NCBI GenBank assembly: GCA_049513715.1
Contig: JBEKVV010000001.1
Span: forward strand, 512,001-576,000
DNA length: 64,000 nt
Direction of reading: 5' to 3'
Origin: Candidatus Bathyarchaeia archaeon
GTDB lineage: Archaea; Thermoproteota; Bathyarchaeia; 40CM-2-53-6
This document shows positions 19,700-29,818 of the stretch, piece by piece. Position 1 is the stretch's first letter, and each line of letters begins with the position of its first letter. The notes under the pieces are model-generated. The model did no database searches and was not told the origin of the DNA. It saw only the letters and a program-made list of their open reading frames with translations. The position numbers and the translations under genes were made by a program.

Positions 19700-19768
19700 G
19701 TCAATGGTTCAAACCTGTTTGCATACAGCGGTATGCATACCAACGTATATAAAGATTTGTAAACCATG
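19700..19768. promoter_or_regulatory. Divergent promoter region with palindromic operator-like sites
   Basis: GTTTGCATAC (19717), perfect palindrome GTATGCATAC (19731) and TATA box TATATAAA (19746) between divergent RHH and AbrB genes. Confidence 0.5.
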
Positions 19769-19789
19769 GCTTGAACGGAGGCCCTAGCG

Positions 19790-19963
19790 GTGGTCAACCA
19801 AGCAGGCAGCAAAATTTACAGGTCAAAAGGACGCCACTCACTTTACTTGCCATCCAGCATAGTGGGCGACGACCGATTCCCCTTCAAAGTTGGCGAAGAA
19901 TTGATGGTGAGAATCGAGGGCGAGCGCCTAGTCGTCGAGAAACTTAGAGGTAGCAAGACTTAG
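19790..19963 (+). CDS. AbrB/MazE/SpoVT-like small protein (57 aa, not in ORF track)
   Basis: GTG start after GGAGG; MVNQAGSKIYRSKGRHSLYLPSSIVGDDRFPFKVGEELMVRIEGERLVVEKLRGSKT. Confidence 0.7.
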   Translation: MVNQAGSKIYRSKGRHSLYLPSSIVGDDRFPFKVGEELMVRIEGERLVVEKLRGSKT

Positions 19964-21069
19964 AGTGCATTTGATTGCTTGCTTGAGGGGCCGTGAGATC
20001 CTTCTAATGCCTTCTTGAGGTTTTGGCGGAAAGTTTTGCTTTTGAGGAGTTGGTCTACGAAGTCGGCTGGTAGTGGCGGTCTTTGGTTTGCAAGTATATC
20101 TCCACATTCTGTGCAGTACATGGCAATAGGAGAATTTTCTTGGTGGCATTTGGTGCATTTGATTACGTGGGTTAGTGGGCGTAGGATCTCTTCTTTTCGT
20201 TTCATTCCGTGAAGTACGAGGTCTTTGTCTTCGACGTCTCTCATGCTTAGGTGGCTGTAGACGGCTACCATGGCGGGGCTGCTCCAGCCGAACAGTTTCA
20301 TTAATTCTCGGTCTGTGAAGTATCGTGAGTCTTCGGTGGCTCGTGTGTGGCGGAACATTTTGGGTGAGATTGCTTTGTGGAGAATGCGTTGGCCACTGCG
20401 TTTGATCAGCGCGTAGAATCCGTCGCTTTGGTATCCTTCGCCGTTCTCTTTGATTAGGAGCGGCCAGTTTGGTTGGTCTTTGTGGGGGTGGTTGTTCAGG
20501 TAGGCGCGGAGGTCGGGGATGGTGTGGTAGATTCTGCGGCGTCGGACACCTGTTTTCCCTTCGAGGCGGACGATGGCGCCGTATTCGTCGAATTGTACGT
20601 CTTTGATTTTGATTCCGTTGATTTCGGCGCGTCGTCCGCCTAGTTCCCCTAGTAGTTCGAAGGCTAGGCGGGCTGTGGGTGTGGGGGCTTGCCGGATTAG
20701 TTGGGCTTGTTCTTCGGGTGTGAGGGTTTGGATGGTGGCTGCTGGGTCGGTGATTCTGGGTGTGTCGATGTGTTCGAGTAGTTCTTTTCGGCCGAGGAAC
20801 TTCAATGCCTGGCGGATCAGTACTACGTGGAGTCGGTAGCTGGCTGGTTTGTGTTCTCTGCGGAATGCGTTCAAATGTTCCAGAAGCGGGTCTCGGGTGA
20901 CCGATACCAGGTCGACCTTGTACTTGTCACGTAGCCTGGTGAGGTTCAATACGGCAGTTTCCACTGAGGACTCAACGTTACCTTTACGCCGAAGCTTATC
21001 AGCGAACTCCTCAAGCCAGGTACGTTGAACTGTAACACCCAAAGTGGAGGCCGTACCGCACCGTACCAC
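19960..21069 (-). CDS. Tyrosine recombinase/integrase with C-terminal zinc ribbon
   Basis: GGRRAEI, GKTG, PKMFRHTRAT, FGW, VYSH; CTKC..CTEC. Confidence 0.88.
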   Translation of the reverse strand: MVRCGTASTLGVTVQRTWLEEFADKLRRKGNVESSVETAVLNLTRLRDKYKVDLVSVTRDPLLEHLNAFRREHKPASYRLHVVLIRQALKFLGRKELLEHIDTPRITDPAATIQTLTPEEQAQLIRQAPTPTARLAFELLGELGGRRAEINGIKIKDVQFDEYGAIVRLEGKTGVRRRRIYHTIPDLRAYLNNHPHKDQPNWPLLIKENGEGYQSDGFYALIKRSGQRILHKAISPKMFRHTRATEDSRYFTDRELMKLFGWSSPAMVAVYSHLSMRDVEDKDLVLHGMKRKEEILRPLTHVIKCTKCHQENSPIAMYCTECGDILANQRPPLPADFVDQLLKSKTFRQNLKKALEGSHGPSSKQSNAL

Positions 21070-21131
21070 ACTTAGGTATTAACGATTTCCGGCAGGGAAA
21101 CTTTAAGTTTCACAAATGCATGAGCTGATTT

Positions 21132-22787
21132 ATGCCGACAGATACGAAGTTCCTTTTCATCACCGGCGGCGTCATGTCGGGAATCGGAAAAGGCGTAACC
21201 GCTGCATCATCAGCAAAAATCCTCCAAACCCGAGGCTTCAAGGTTTCCGTAATGAAGATCGACCCCTACCTGAATGTTGACGCTGGAACCATGAACCCCG
21301 TTGCACACGGCGAAGTTTTCGTCACGGACGACGGTGGAGAAATTGACATGGATCTCGGAACCTACGAAAGGTTCCTCGACCTAAATCTAACACGCGCCCA
21401 CAACACGACGACCGGCCAAATCTACACGGCCGTCATAAACAAGGAGAGGCGCGGCGACTTTCTCGGACAATGCGTCCAAATCATTCCCCACATTACGGAC
21501 GAAATCAAATCCGTCATACGAGGAATAGCAACCAAAGTGCAACCACATGTGCTCTTCGTGGAAGTTGGGGGCACAGTGGGTGACATTGAAAGTCTTCCCT
21601 ATTTGGAAGCAGCCCGTGAACTCAGACTAGAGCTGGGTCAAAGAAACGTTCTCTTCGCTCACGTCACGTTGGTCCCTGTCCTAGATGTTGTGGGTGAGCA
21701 GAAGACAAAGCCAACGCAACACAGCGTTCAGGAACTGAGGAGAATCGGAATCCAACCAGACCTAATTGTGGCGAGGAGCACCGTTCCAGTGCTCGCCGGG
21801 CCAAAGAGGAAGATTGCGTTGTTCTGCAACGTCGAGGAGCGTGCCGTCTTCTCGTCAACTGATCAACCCATAATCTACAACGCCCCTTTGGAGCTTGATG
21901 CACAGGGTATGGGTGATTTCCTCCAGGAGCGATTTGGTTTTGAAAATAGACCGGCGGACTGGGGTGATTGGAAACGAACAGTCGACCGGATGGCTAACCC
22001 GCATCATGTGATTCGAGTAGCTTTGTGCGGGAAATACGCGGAACTCGCTGACTCTTACGTTAGCGTAAACGAGGCATTGAAGCACGCCGGAGCAGCATGC
22101 GACGCTAAAGTGGAAATTGAGTGGATTGAAACCGAGATTTTCGAAGATAACGCTGCCAACTGTTCAGTTCTTTCACGGTTTGATGGAATTCTAGTGCCCG
22201 GCGGTTTCGGTTCAAGGGGTACTGAGGGCAAGATTGCAGCCTTATCGTACGCCCGCGAAAACAATATCCCAACCCTGGGAATCTGTTTCGGCTTTCAACT
22301 AGCAGTGGTCGAGTTCGCTAGGCACCTTGGCCTCAAGGGAGCCAACAGCACTGAAATCGACCCCAAGACATCCTACCCCGTAATCGACCTAATGCCTGAA
22401 CAACGCAGCGTAAATTCGAAAGGGGCCACGATGCGGCTGGGAGCCAACGGAATCCGCCTCACACCCAAAACAACTGCGAACTTGCTGTACGGACGTGAAG
22501 TAATTTCGGAAAGGCACAGGCACCGCTACGAAGTAAACCCCGACTACATCGACCGTATTGTCAAGGCCGAGGGCGTGTTTTCCGGAACGACGATGGACGG
22601 AACTCGCATGGAAATTTTCGAGCTACCCAGCAAGTACTATTATCTTGGAACACAGTTCCACGGCGAATTCAAATCGAGGCCAGCGAGGCCCTCACCGCCC
22701 TACTACGGCCTAATCAAGGCAGCCCTTGATCGAAAGACAGGGAAACCAGCAGCTGAATTCGCGCCTCTAATTCAAGCAGCAGCCTAA
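21132..22787 (+). CDS. pyrG: CTP synthase
   Basis: TGGVMSGIGKG, KTKPTQHSV, GICFG, RHRHRYE, QFHGEF. Confidence 0.98.
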   Translation: MPTDTKFLFITGGVMSGIGKGVTAASSAKILQTRGFKVSVMKIDPYLNVDAGTMNPVAHGEVFVTDDGGEIDMDLGTYERFLDLNLTRAHNTTTGQIYTAVINKERRGDFLGQCVQIIPHITDEIKSVIRGIATKVQPHVLFVEVGGTVGDIESLPYLEAARELRLELGQRNVLFAHVTLVPVLDVVGEQKTKPTQHSVQELRRIGIQPDLIVARSTVPVLAGPKRKIALFCNVEERAVFSSTDQPIIYNAPLELDAQGMGDFLQERFGFENRPADWGDWKRTVDRMANPHHVIRVALCGKYAELADSYVSVNEALKHAGAACDAKVEIEWIETEIFEDNAANCSVLSRFDGILVPGGFGSRGTEGKIAALSYARENNIPTLGICFGFQLAVVEFARHLGLKGANSTEIDPKTSYPVIDLMPEQRSVNSKGATMRLGANGIRLTPKTTANLLYGREVISERHRHRYEVNPDYIDRIVKAEGVFSGTTMDGTRMEIFELPSKYYYLGTQFHGEFKSRPARPSPPYYGLIKAALDRKTGKPAAEFAPLIQAAA

Positions 22788-22894
22788 GCCAGGCTGCAAC
22801 GCGTGAACCGAAATGGCATTACTTTCTCCACGAAGTGGCATTACTTCGTAATCCCCTTTGCACCTTCCCGTTTGACTGAACATTTTGTGGCATG

Positions 22895-23749
22895 CTAGCC
22901 TTTGTCCAGAAATCCTAACGCGTACTGGGCTCGGTCATCGCCGATTGTGTGTCGCTTCCTGAAACACATCCTGTAGCCTCTGTTGGTAATTCGAAATCCA
23001 TTCTTCCTAAGCAAGGCAAGTTCGTTACGGTGGTTGAGGAGGCAGGCTATCTCGACTGGTTGTCTTGCGGCTTTGCCTAGAGCCGTATCCAATATTTCTC
23101 CTGAGTCTCCTTTTTGCGGTTTGATGCAAACCCAAGGGCCGAACTCACACATGTCCTCGTATTGCTTGACGAACAAGTAAGAGAGGCTAGCTTTGCCGTG
23201 TTCGGCACCCACGTACCATCCAATTCGTTTTCGCAGCAGCAGTCGAATCAGCTTGCTTCGGTCTGCGCCGAACGCTTTCCTGTCTGCCGATAGGATTCTA
23301 TCAACTGTTGGCGTGCGCAGGCTTCTTGGATCTGAATTCCTGAGCGGCGCTGGTTTCCTCTTCCGCCTGAGTCGCGCGAACCGCGCGTCTTTCACGAATC
23401 CCAGGTTTCCGTAGAACTCTACGTTTTCGTTGAAGCAGTAGAGGACGATTCGTTTTACGCCGGATTTCTGCAGGTGACTTACAGCATGTTCTACCAGGCT
23501 AGTGCCGATGTGTTTTCCACGGTATGTCCTATCCACGACCACGTTGCCTATCCAAGCAGCTTCTCGGCCGTAGCTAGTTGTTGTGGCTAGGCCGAGTTTT
23601 CTGTATCCATCATATGCTAAGAAGCATCCGCGTGGGGAAAGGGTCAGAACCCTCTCGAAATCTCTGCGGCTGATTCCCCATTTTTCTTGGTTCGATAGTC
23701 TGATGGCGAAGGGTATGTCTTCCTGGCGCAGTGCCTTGATCTTGAACAT
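22895..23749 (-). CDS. GNAT N-acetyltransferase
   Basis: VVDRTYRGKHIG acetyl-CoA motif, FYGNLGF. Confidence 0.85.
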   Translation of the reverse strand: MFKIKALRQEDIPFAIRLSNQEKWGISRRDFERVLTLSPRGCFLAYDGYRKLGLATTTSYGREAAWIGNVVVDRTYRGKHIGTSLVEHAVSHLQKSGVKRIVLYCFNENVEFYGNLGFVKDARFARLRRKRKPAPLRNSDPRSLRTPTVDRILSADRKAFGADRSKLIRLLLRKRIGWYVGAEHGKASLSYLFVKQYEDMCEFGPWVCIKPQKGDSGEILDTALGKAARQPVEIACLLNHRNELALLRKNGFRITNRGYRMCFRKRHTIGDDRAQYALGFLDKG

Positions 23750-23771
23750 GAGCCAGCGGCTCGGTCTTAAA

Positions 23772-25085
23772 TCACGGGCGGAGGCGGTTAATCAATCTTG
23801 GAAATGCAATCGCGTCCCGGATATGTTCCAACTTGCACATCCAAGTCAGGGTGCGTTCAATTCCCATTCCGAACCCTGAGTGTGGGACCGTGCCATACCG
23901 CCGAAGGTCGACGTACCAACTGTAATCCTCGGCCTTCAAACTCTCTTCGTCAATGCGGGCGAGGAGTTGCTTCAAATCGTGAATGCGCTGCCCTCCCCCA
24001 GTGATTTCCCCGTACCCTTCCGGTGCGAGCAGGTCCGCTGATAGCGTAACCTTCGGGTTCTTGGGGTCCGGCATGTGGTAGAAAGCTTTCACACTTTTCG
24101 GAAAACGGTGTACGAAGAATGGAATCTCAAAGCCTTCCGTGACAACTTTCTCTTCCTCAAACCCCAGGTCAATTCCCCACTTGAAGTCTGGCCTCGACTT
24201 CTGAACCAGGTTTACGGCTTCGTCGTAAGTGATTCTGGAGAACGGTGGTTTGACAGCGGCCAACTGTTCTGGGTCCCGCCCGACCAATTTCAATTCCTCA
24301 GGCATCTCTTCTCGGATGCGTTGGCAGACATGGCTGACAAGTTCTTCTTCGAGTTGCATTAGTCCCTCCAGATCCATCCAAGGCTCCTCGACTTCCAAAT
24401 GCCAATACTCGGTCAGGTGTCGCCTCGTCCTAGATTTTTCGGCGCGGAATGATGGTGCAAGCGTGAAGATTTTTCCAACACTCGCGAGCATGGCTTCAGC
24501 GTAGAGTTGCCAGCTCTGAGTCAGGTACGCTTTCTGGTCGAAGTACTTGACCTCGAAGAGCGTTGAGCCACCTTCAACGGCGGCCGTCACGAGTATCGGC
24601 ATCTGCACCTCGAGGAAGCCACGGTCAATTAGCCACCTGCGAAATTCGTCAATCATTCGCCCGCGAATCCGCATTATCGCCTGCATCTTGGGGTCACGAA
24701 TCCACAGGTGCCGGGTGTCAAGAAGGAAATCGGGACCGTGGTACTTCTTTGCTATCGGATATTCGTCCTCAGCCCGATAGAGGATTGTGACTTTCTCGCT
24801 TGAGATTTCATATCCACGGGGTGCACGCGGATCCTTCTTCACCTCTCCAGAGATTTCGACGGTGCTTTCAATTGGGATTGCTCTTAGGCGCTCAAATTCT
24901 TGCGGCTCAACTTTGTCTTTCTTAAGTGTACATTGGATCAGGCCAGTTCCGTCGCGGAATTGAAGGAACAGTATGCCGCCGCTACTTCGAATGTGGTGGA
25001 GCCAGCCCTTCAAGACTACTTTCTGTTCGTCGTATTTCCCAGCGAAGATTTCCGTTACGGTCGGTGCTGTTTTCAAATAATTCAT
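23772..25085 (-). CDS. asnS: Asparagine--tRNA ligase (start approximate)
   Basis: OB-fold N-terminus, TQSWQLY, FRAEKSRTRRHLTE, PHSGFGMGIER. Confidence 0.92.
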   Translation of the reverse strand: MNYLKTAPTVTEIFAGKYDEQKVVLKGWLHHIRSSGGILFLQFRDGTGLIQCTLKKDKVEPQEFERLRAIPIESTVEISGEVKKDPRAPRGYEISSEKVTILYRAEDEYPIAKKYHGPDFLLDTRHLWIRDPKMQAIMRIRGRMIDEFRRWLIDRGFLEVQMPILVTAAVEGGSTLFEVKYFDQKAYLTQSWQLYAEAMLASVGKIFTLAPSFRAEKSRTRRHLTEYWHLEVEEPWMDLEGLMQLEEELVSHVCQRIREEMPEELKLVGRDPEQLAAVKPPFSRITYDEAVNLVQKSRPDFKWGIDLGFEEEKVVTEGFEIPFFVHRFPKSVKAFYHMPDPKNPKVTLSADLLAPEGYGEITGGGQRIHDLKQLLARIDEESLKAEDYSWYVDLRRYGTVPHSGFGMGIERTLTWMCKLEHIRDAIAFPRLINRLRP

Positions 25086-25371
25086 TCTCCAAAAGAAATG
25101 CAATATGCCCTCTGGGGGCTGAGCGCAGAAGCGCTATGCGGTCCGTGTTGATGCGTTAAAGCGGCCACCCATAGGTTGGGCACCATCTGAGAGCAATGGA
25201 AGTTCAATATTTAAGGCAATGCGGAAACTTTCGACTGGCTCTCTCACAGTCCAAACAAGCTTCACAATGGTCTCGTAAGTAACGGAAGGTTATCTGTCTC
25301 TGTCGGTGGCCGGGGGTCCCTCTGGCATTTATCTGAATCTTGGTCACTATTACTGGTCGGTCAAGCTGCCC

Positions 25372-27234
25372 ATGTCGTCATTGTTGAGTGCCAATGTGAA
25401 GCGGTTAGGGCAAATCCTCAAGGACGGAGCTGAAGGCCAAGTTGGCGAAAGCGGCGAGCGACTCGAAGGTGCGAGCCGTTCTTATTGGCCTCTTGTCAGC
25501 AAATTGCTCGTCTCAGACTTCAATTTCGAAAGATCATCGCAGGAAGCCAACGCGCTCTTCAAGAAACCGATGGCGAAATTCGCGGCGGTCGACGGCTCAC
25601 TCGACCAAAACTTACTCGGAGGATTAGCGGTATTCTGGGCTGGAGCGTACGCAGCAACTGGAACAATTTCGTATGCGCCAGAGAAGGCCCCCCATGTCAC
25701 ATACGACACGGGTTTCATTGAGAAAGGACATGGATTGGCAAGTTGTGTCCCAATTTACGTTGATTCAATACCAGATGTCGAACCACAAATGACGCTCAAC
25801 CGGTCGGGAAGTCAGACAATATCACGGACACAGACCGAAGAGTCGACAGTAGACAACTCTGTGATCGCTGATTGGATAATGCTTTTTTCCGAACTCTACC
25901 TAACTTACGTACTTGCAAAATCGAAGGAATATCAGATAATCCTCCTGGATCGTTCACTGTCAGGGACACAATCAAGCCTGATTCGGGACACATCAAAGCG
26001 TCCACTTTGGAAGCGCCAGTGTGCTGTGCTCGGCCTGGAAATTGACGGCGAAAAGTTGAGTGAACAGGATTTGGCGTTCGGGAGGTACCGCACGCTCGAC
26101 CAGGACAGTTCATTACCGCCTCGGGGTGACTACCTCCGCCACGCCGCAATTTTCCTTTTAGAAAAAGTCGGAAAGCCCCTAGCCCTATCCGAGATCGCTG
26201 ACAAACTGAACCTCAAAGACCATGACAGGGTTGAGAAGTTGGCACGATTCATCAATAAAGCGACCAAAGAAGGAAAGTACTTCCAAGAATCGGGCGGCAA
26301 ATACTCACTAATGCCGCCACTCTCAACGACTTGGACTAGAATAACGAAACTTGTCGAGCTCTTCGGCGATCGCTTCTTCAAGAGTAGCAGCGCAAACCCC
26401 CTACAGGTCTCTGACGGGAAGCAACAGCGATGGGTTTCTACTCTCGACTTGGCGTTCCTATGCTTGTTTACGCTTAATCTTCTGATTGAGAATTGTCGCC
26501 AAAACGGTATGCTGCTGGTTGGCATTACCAAGGACACTACTGCGAGGGATTTCGTCACTCACCTTATCCCAATAGCCACGCAGGAGAACCTATGGAGTCC
26601 CAAAATTGAGCACGTATCCACTACCGACAGAATGCTGCTGCAGGCAATCAGCATGTTCCAGCACGATAAGGTACCTGTGCCTTGGGCGTCAGTTGAGTAT
26701 GACACCGCGTTTCAAACAATGGTGCTAGATTTTGAGCACAGGCAAGGGTTTGTTTCGGGTGCGGTGCAAAACCGAATCATACTGGAGCAGCTCTTTGTCA
26801 AGTCCTACATTCAACTGGACAAGGCGAAATCAGACGACCAGTTCAGAAGTAACGTCCTCTTCATCGATAGGCTCTACTTTCCCTCTGAGAAAGCACCAAC
26901 TCTCAAGTTGAAACATGAGTATGGCGGAGCGGTGGAAGATGTCGAACCCGTTCTCTGGCCCAGTAATGCGTCCCAGAACCGCATTCAGGAATTGCTGATG
27001 GTGACGCTCAAGGCGATGACTCACCAAAGCGTCCCTGAAGTCTTCGGTCATAATATGCCATTATTCATTGCCGACAAGATCGCAAAGGCCCAACGAAGTC
27101 AGGCCTCGGAAATGGTGAAGGCCATGGGTCATTGGCTCATTTCACATCCAAAATTGCGCAAGTATTCATTCTACATGAACACATTCAGAGAAAGAAGGAG
27201 TGAGGTTGAAAGTGCTAGAAGCAGAGCTCGGTAG
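25372..27234 (+). CDS. nurA: NurA-family nuclease with internal winged-helix insertion
   Basis: AAVDGS, LLDRSL, GITKD, GH..PLFIAD; overlaps the downstream HerA-like gene; start placed at ATG 25372. Confidence 0.7.
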   Translation: MSSLLSANVKRLGQILKDGAEGQVGESGERLEGASRSYWPLVSKLLVSDFNFERSSQEANALFKKPMAKFAAVDGSLDQNLLGGLAVFWAGAYAATGTISYAPEKAPHVTYDTGFIEKGHGLASCVPIYVDSIPDVEPQMTLNRSGSQTISRTQTEESTVDNSVIADWIMLFSELYLTYVLAKSKEYQIILLDRSLSGTQSSLIRDTSKRPLWKRQCAVLGLEIDGEKLSEQDLAFGRYRTLDQDSSLPPRGDYLRHAAIFLLEKVGKPLALSEIADKLNLKDHDRVEKLARFINKATKEGKYFQESGGKYSLMPPLSTTWTRITKLVELFGDRFFKSSSANPLQVSDGKQQRWVSTLDLAFLCLFTLNLLIENCRQNGMLLVGITKDTTARDFVTHLIPIATQENLWSPKIEHVSTTDRMLLQAISMFQHDKVPVPWASVEYDTAFQTMVLDFEHRQGFVSGAVQNRIILEQLFVKSYIQLDKAKSDDQFRSNVLFIDRLYFPSEKAPTLKLKHEYGGAVEDVEPVLWPSNASQNRIQELLMVTLKAMTHQSVPEVFGHNMPLFIADKIAKAQRSQASEMVKAMGHWLISHPKLRKYSFYMNTFRERRSEVESARSRAR

Positions 27235-29077
27235 ACACTTTACGGACTTTGACGGGCGTTTTGACGGGAGACTGGCCGCAGTATACGGGGTACGGCGGAG
27301 CGAAGTATCTGCTGAGACAACCGGATTCTCTGCGAAATACGAATGCCGGATTAAGGCTCAGTATCAGCGAGATTTGATGGGGCTGCTCGAGGAAGGCATG
27401 CTCCTCGCCGTTCGCAATTTCAAGGCAAGAAAACATGGCGGGAACAGGTTCACCCTTCTCGAGATTTCGAGGATTGGCCCCGAACACTTCGGATTGAGGG
27501 GTCTGTCCGAACATAGCTACTACCCCTATCAGTTCGAAATAATTGAGCAGAGCGTCGCCGACTGGGACACGGACGACAAAGCCACTATGATGATTCAGCT
27601 TGGGGCAATTCCGCTTAACTACGACTTGATTGTGCAGCAAAACACTCAACAGTACCTGAAGGGGTTCACCTACCCAGTTGTCGGCGAACGAGTGTTCATT
27701 CTGAACAAGGCTACGATACACAGAATGTACAACCGAAAGCTCTTCGAAGAGCTAGGACTTCCCTGGAAAGACGAGGAAATAATCACGAACGCAGATGCGC
27801 GGAAGGACCCGCGAATTGGTGTCATCAAAATGTTTCAAGAGGAGGATGGCCCTGTCCCGATTTACGTTAGCTTTGAGCGGCTCGTGCGCTACCACTTCGG
27901 CGTGTTCTCTTTTACGGGAGGCGGCAAAAGCAACCTACTCTCGAATATTCTGAGGCGGTTGCTGTACCATGCGATACGGACCAAAGTCGTCATCTTCGAC
28001 ATTTCAATGGAATACCCATTCCTACTCCAAGACGTGTTCATGGATAGTAGCATCAAGAGCAAAATCATCACAGAAATCCCAATCAAAGACACAAACCGGT
28101 TTGAGAAAGTAGTCGTCACGCCAAGAAGCTTCGAAAAATCAAACATCGCACCAAACCTAGAGAAAATTCTGCAACAGGGAAAGATCGGCTACTACCAGAT
28201 GGCAGGCAAGCCGCCTCCGAATTACGAGGATATCTACGACCAGATCAGAATGCTCGAAAAAAGCGAGGGTGACAAAGCGGTCAACCTCGACGCCATCCAC
28301 GAGGTCGAAAGAAAAGTCCTCGACTGGTTGAAGGACAAGAAACAGGAACGCTCAGACGTTGTTTCAGCAGAATTCCTAGATTACCTGCAAGCCATCGCCA
28401 CTGAAGCTGTTGAGAAATTCAAGGTATGGAAGAGCGGCTCACTCGCCGCATGGGCCTCCACGCGGAGTCAGCTCAAGGAAAGTCTCACGAAGAAACCAGA
28501 GCGCCCCGACGAGAACTCTTACACCACTGAAAAGTTGATCGGCCTCCTGAATGGAGACACAAGGCTCCTTTGCCTCTCAATAGCCGAGCCGAACATTATC
28601 AAGCGATTGGCCATTGATTTGACATCTGAGGCGCTTCAAGAACGAAAGAAAGCGTTCAAAGTAGAGCCTCAAGTGCTCTTCGTGTTCGATGAGGCCCAAG
28701 AATTCATTCCCGCCTATGACAAGGCGCGCGGAATAGATGCAACCTGCACCAATAGAATTGAAGCGCTACTCAGACAAGGGCGCAAGTACGGTTTGGGTGG
28801 ATGCGTCGCGACTCAGAGAATAGCCTATCTGAACACTAACGCCCTGCAGCAATTACACACCTACTTCGTAGGCCCCCTCCCAAGACCCTACGACAGGAGC
28901 TTAGTGAGCAGCACTTTCACCATCGACCAGAGCATACTAGAAAAGACACTAGAATTCGCACCCGGCCAATGGTTGCTCTCTAGCTACATTGCAACAGGAA
29001 TGGAGAACGTACCCATCTTCATTACAGCGGACAATTCAGAAACGGAGCTAAGAAAAGTCATCGCGCCAGCTAAGTGA
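27200..29077 (+). CDS. herA: HerA-family ATPase/helicase
   Basis: HFGVFSFTGGGKS Walker A, FVFDEAQ Walker B, RQGRKYG, ATQR. Confidence 0.85.
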   Translation: MRLKVLEAELGRHFTDFDGRFDGRLAAVYGVRRSEVSAETTGFSAKYECRIKAQYQRDLMGLLEEGMLLAVRNFKARKHGGNRFTLLEISRIGPEHFGLRGLSEHSYYPYQFEIIEQSVADWDTDDKATMMIQLGAIPLNYDLIVQQNTQQYLKGFTYPVVGERVFILNKATIHRMYNRKLFEELGLPWKDEEIITNADARKDPRIGVIKMFQEEDGPVPIYVSFERLVRYHFGVFSFTGGGKSNLLSNILRRLLYHAIRTKVVIFDISMEYPFLLQDVFMDSSIKSKIITEIPIKDTNRFEKVVVTPRSFEKSNIAPNLEKILQQGKIGYYQMAGKPPPNYEDIYDQIRMLEKSEGDKAVNLDAIHEVERKVLDWLKDKKQERSDVVSAEFLDYLQAIATEAVEKFKVWKSGSLAAWASTRSQLKESLTKKPERPDENSYTTEKLIGLLNGDTRLLCLSIAEPNIIKRLAIDLTSEALQERKKAFKVEPQVLFVFDEAQEFIPAYDKARGIDATCTNRIEALLRQGRKYGLGGCVATQRIAYLNTNALQQLHTYFVGPLPRPYDRSLVSSTFTIDQSILEKTLEFAPGQWLLSSYIATGMENVPIFITADNSETELRKVIAPAK

Positions 29078-29215
29078 ATGCCTCAACCCACTCAAGGCTG
29101 TGCGACGTAGCGCATATTCCGCGTCTCCGCGAGTGCAACGACAGGCAACGCAACCTCACTTCAATGAATAGCTCCATCGAGCACTTAATACGCTCAGAGC
29201 CCTCTCCTACTTTCA

Positions 29216-29800
29216 ATGGCGGTCTTCTTGGCAAGCCCCGATCAAAACCTTACGAAGAAACTCGCCGAAATGAAATCCTTCTTAGACCATCGGATTCACG
29301 ACCAAGAAGAGGAAGTCAAGTCACTACGCTCCTTCTTGGAAGTTGTTGACTTGCTCCTCGCCGAAAGAAGCTTCAGACCAGTTGACATAACCTCGCAAAC
29401 GAAACCTCAACCGCAGCCAAGAGCTCCACCGAAAGCCCCGTCAGACAGCGTTCCGATTATGACCTCGGACGGGGTCCGAATCGCTTCGGTCTTTACCGAC
29501 CAAGCGGGTCTTCATGTGATTCCTGAGCCCGAGACAAAGCTTGACCCGAACTCTCCGCCCCTGCGCGCTTTTCTCGTAGGCAAGGTCCTAGAGCCTATGC
29601 AGGCCAAAGACAAGGAAGCAGCCACAGCTGGGACAATCCAGCCCGAGAACATTCTAACCTACAACTTGGAACAAGAGGACGACCGTCTAAAGGCGATTCA
29701 CATTCAGAACTATGGGGACGACCGCCGCGTGTTGGAGTTGAAGAATGCGATTAGGTGGACGCTTCGAAGAATGTACGAGAAGACCAGCGGTAAGAAGTAA
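29216..29800 (+). CDS. Hypothetical protein (coiled-coil N-terminus)
   Basis: 194-aa ORF with protein-like composition. Confidence 0.7.
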   Translation: MAVFLASPDQNLTKKLAEMKSFLDHRIHDQEEEVKSLRSFLEVVDLLLAERSFRPVDITSQTKPQPQPRAPPKAPSDSVPIMTSDGVRIASVFTDQAGLHVIPEPETKLDPNSPPLRAFLVGKVLEPMQAKDKEAATAGTIQPENILTYNLEQEDDRLKAIHIQNYGDDRRVLELKNAIRWTLRRMYEKTSGKK

Positions 29801-29818
29801 CATCCGGTTGGAAGGCTG

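Larger units (their letters stand above)
5688..21069. mobile_element. Composite integrative/defence island (two tyrosine integrases, R-M and nuclease cargo); boundaries approximate
   Basis: att-like tRNA fragment, integrases at 6407-7840 and 19960-21069, small regulators, cargo visibly AT-richer than the core, abrupt return to pyrG; second att copy not found. Confidence 0.65.

Noticed and set aside
21040..21080. Right-hand att site (CCGTACC repeated) beside integrase 2
   Set aside because: Short duplication with no similarity to the tRNA fragment at 5688-5718; cannot be supported
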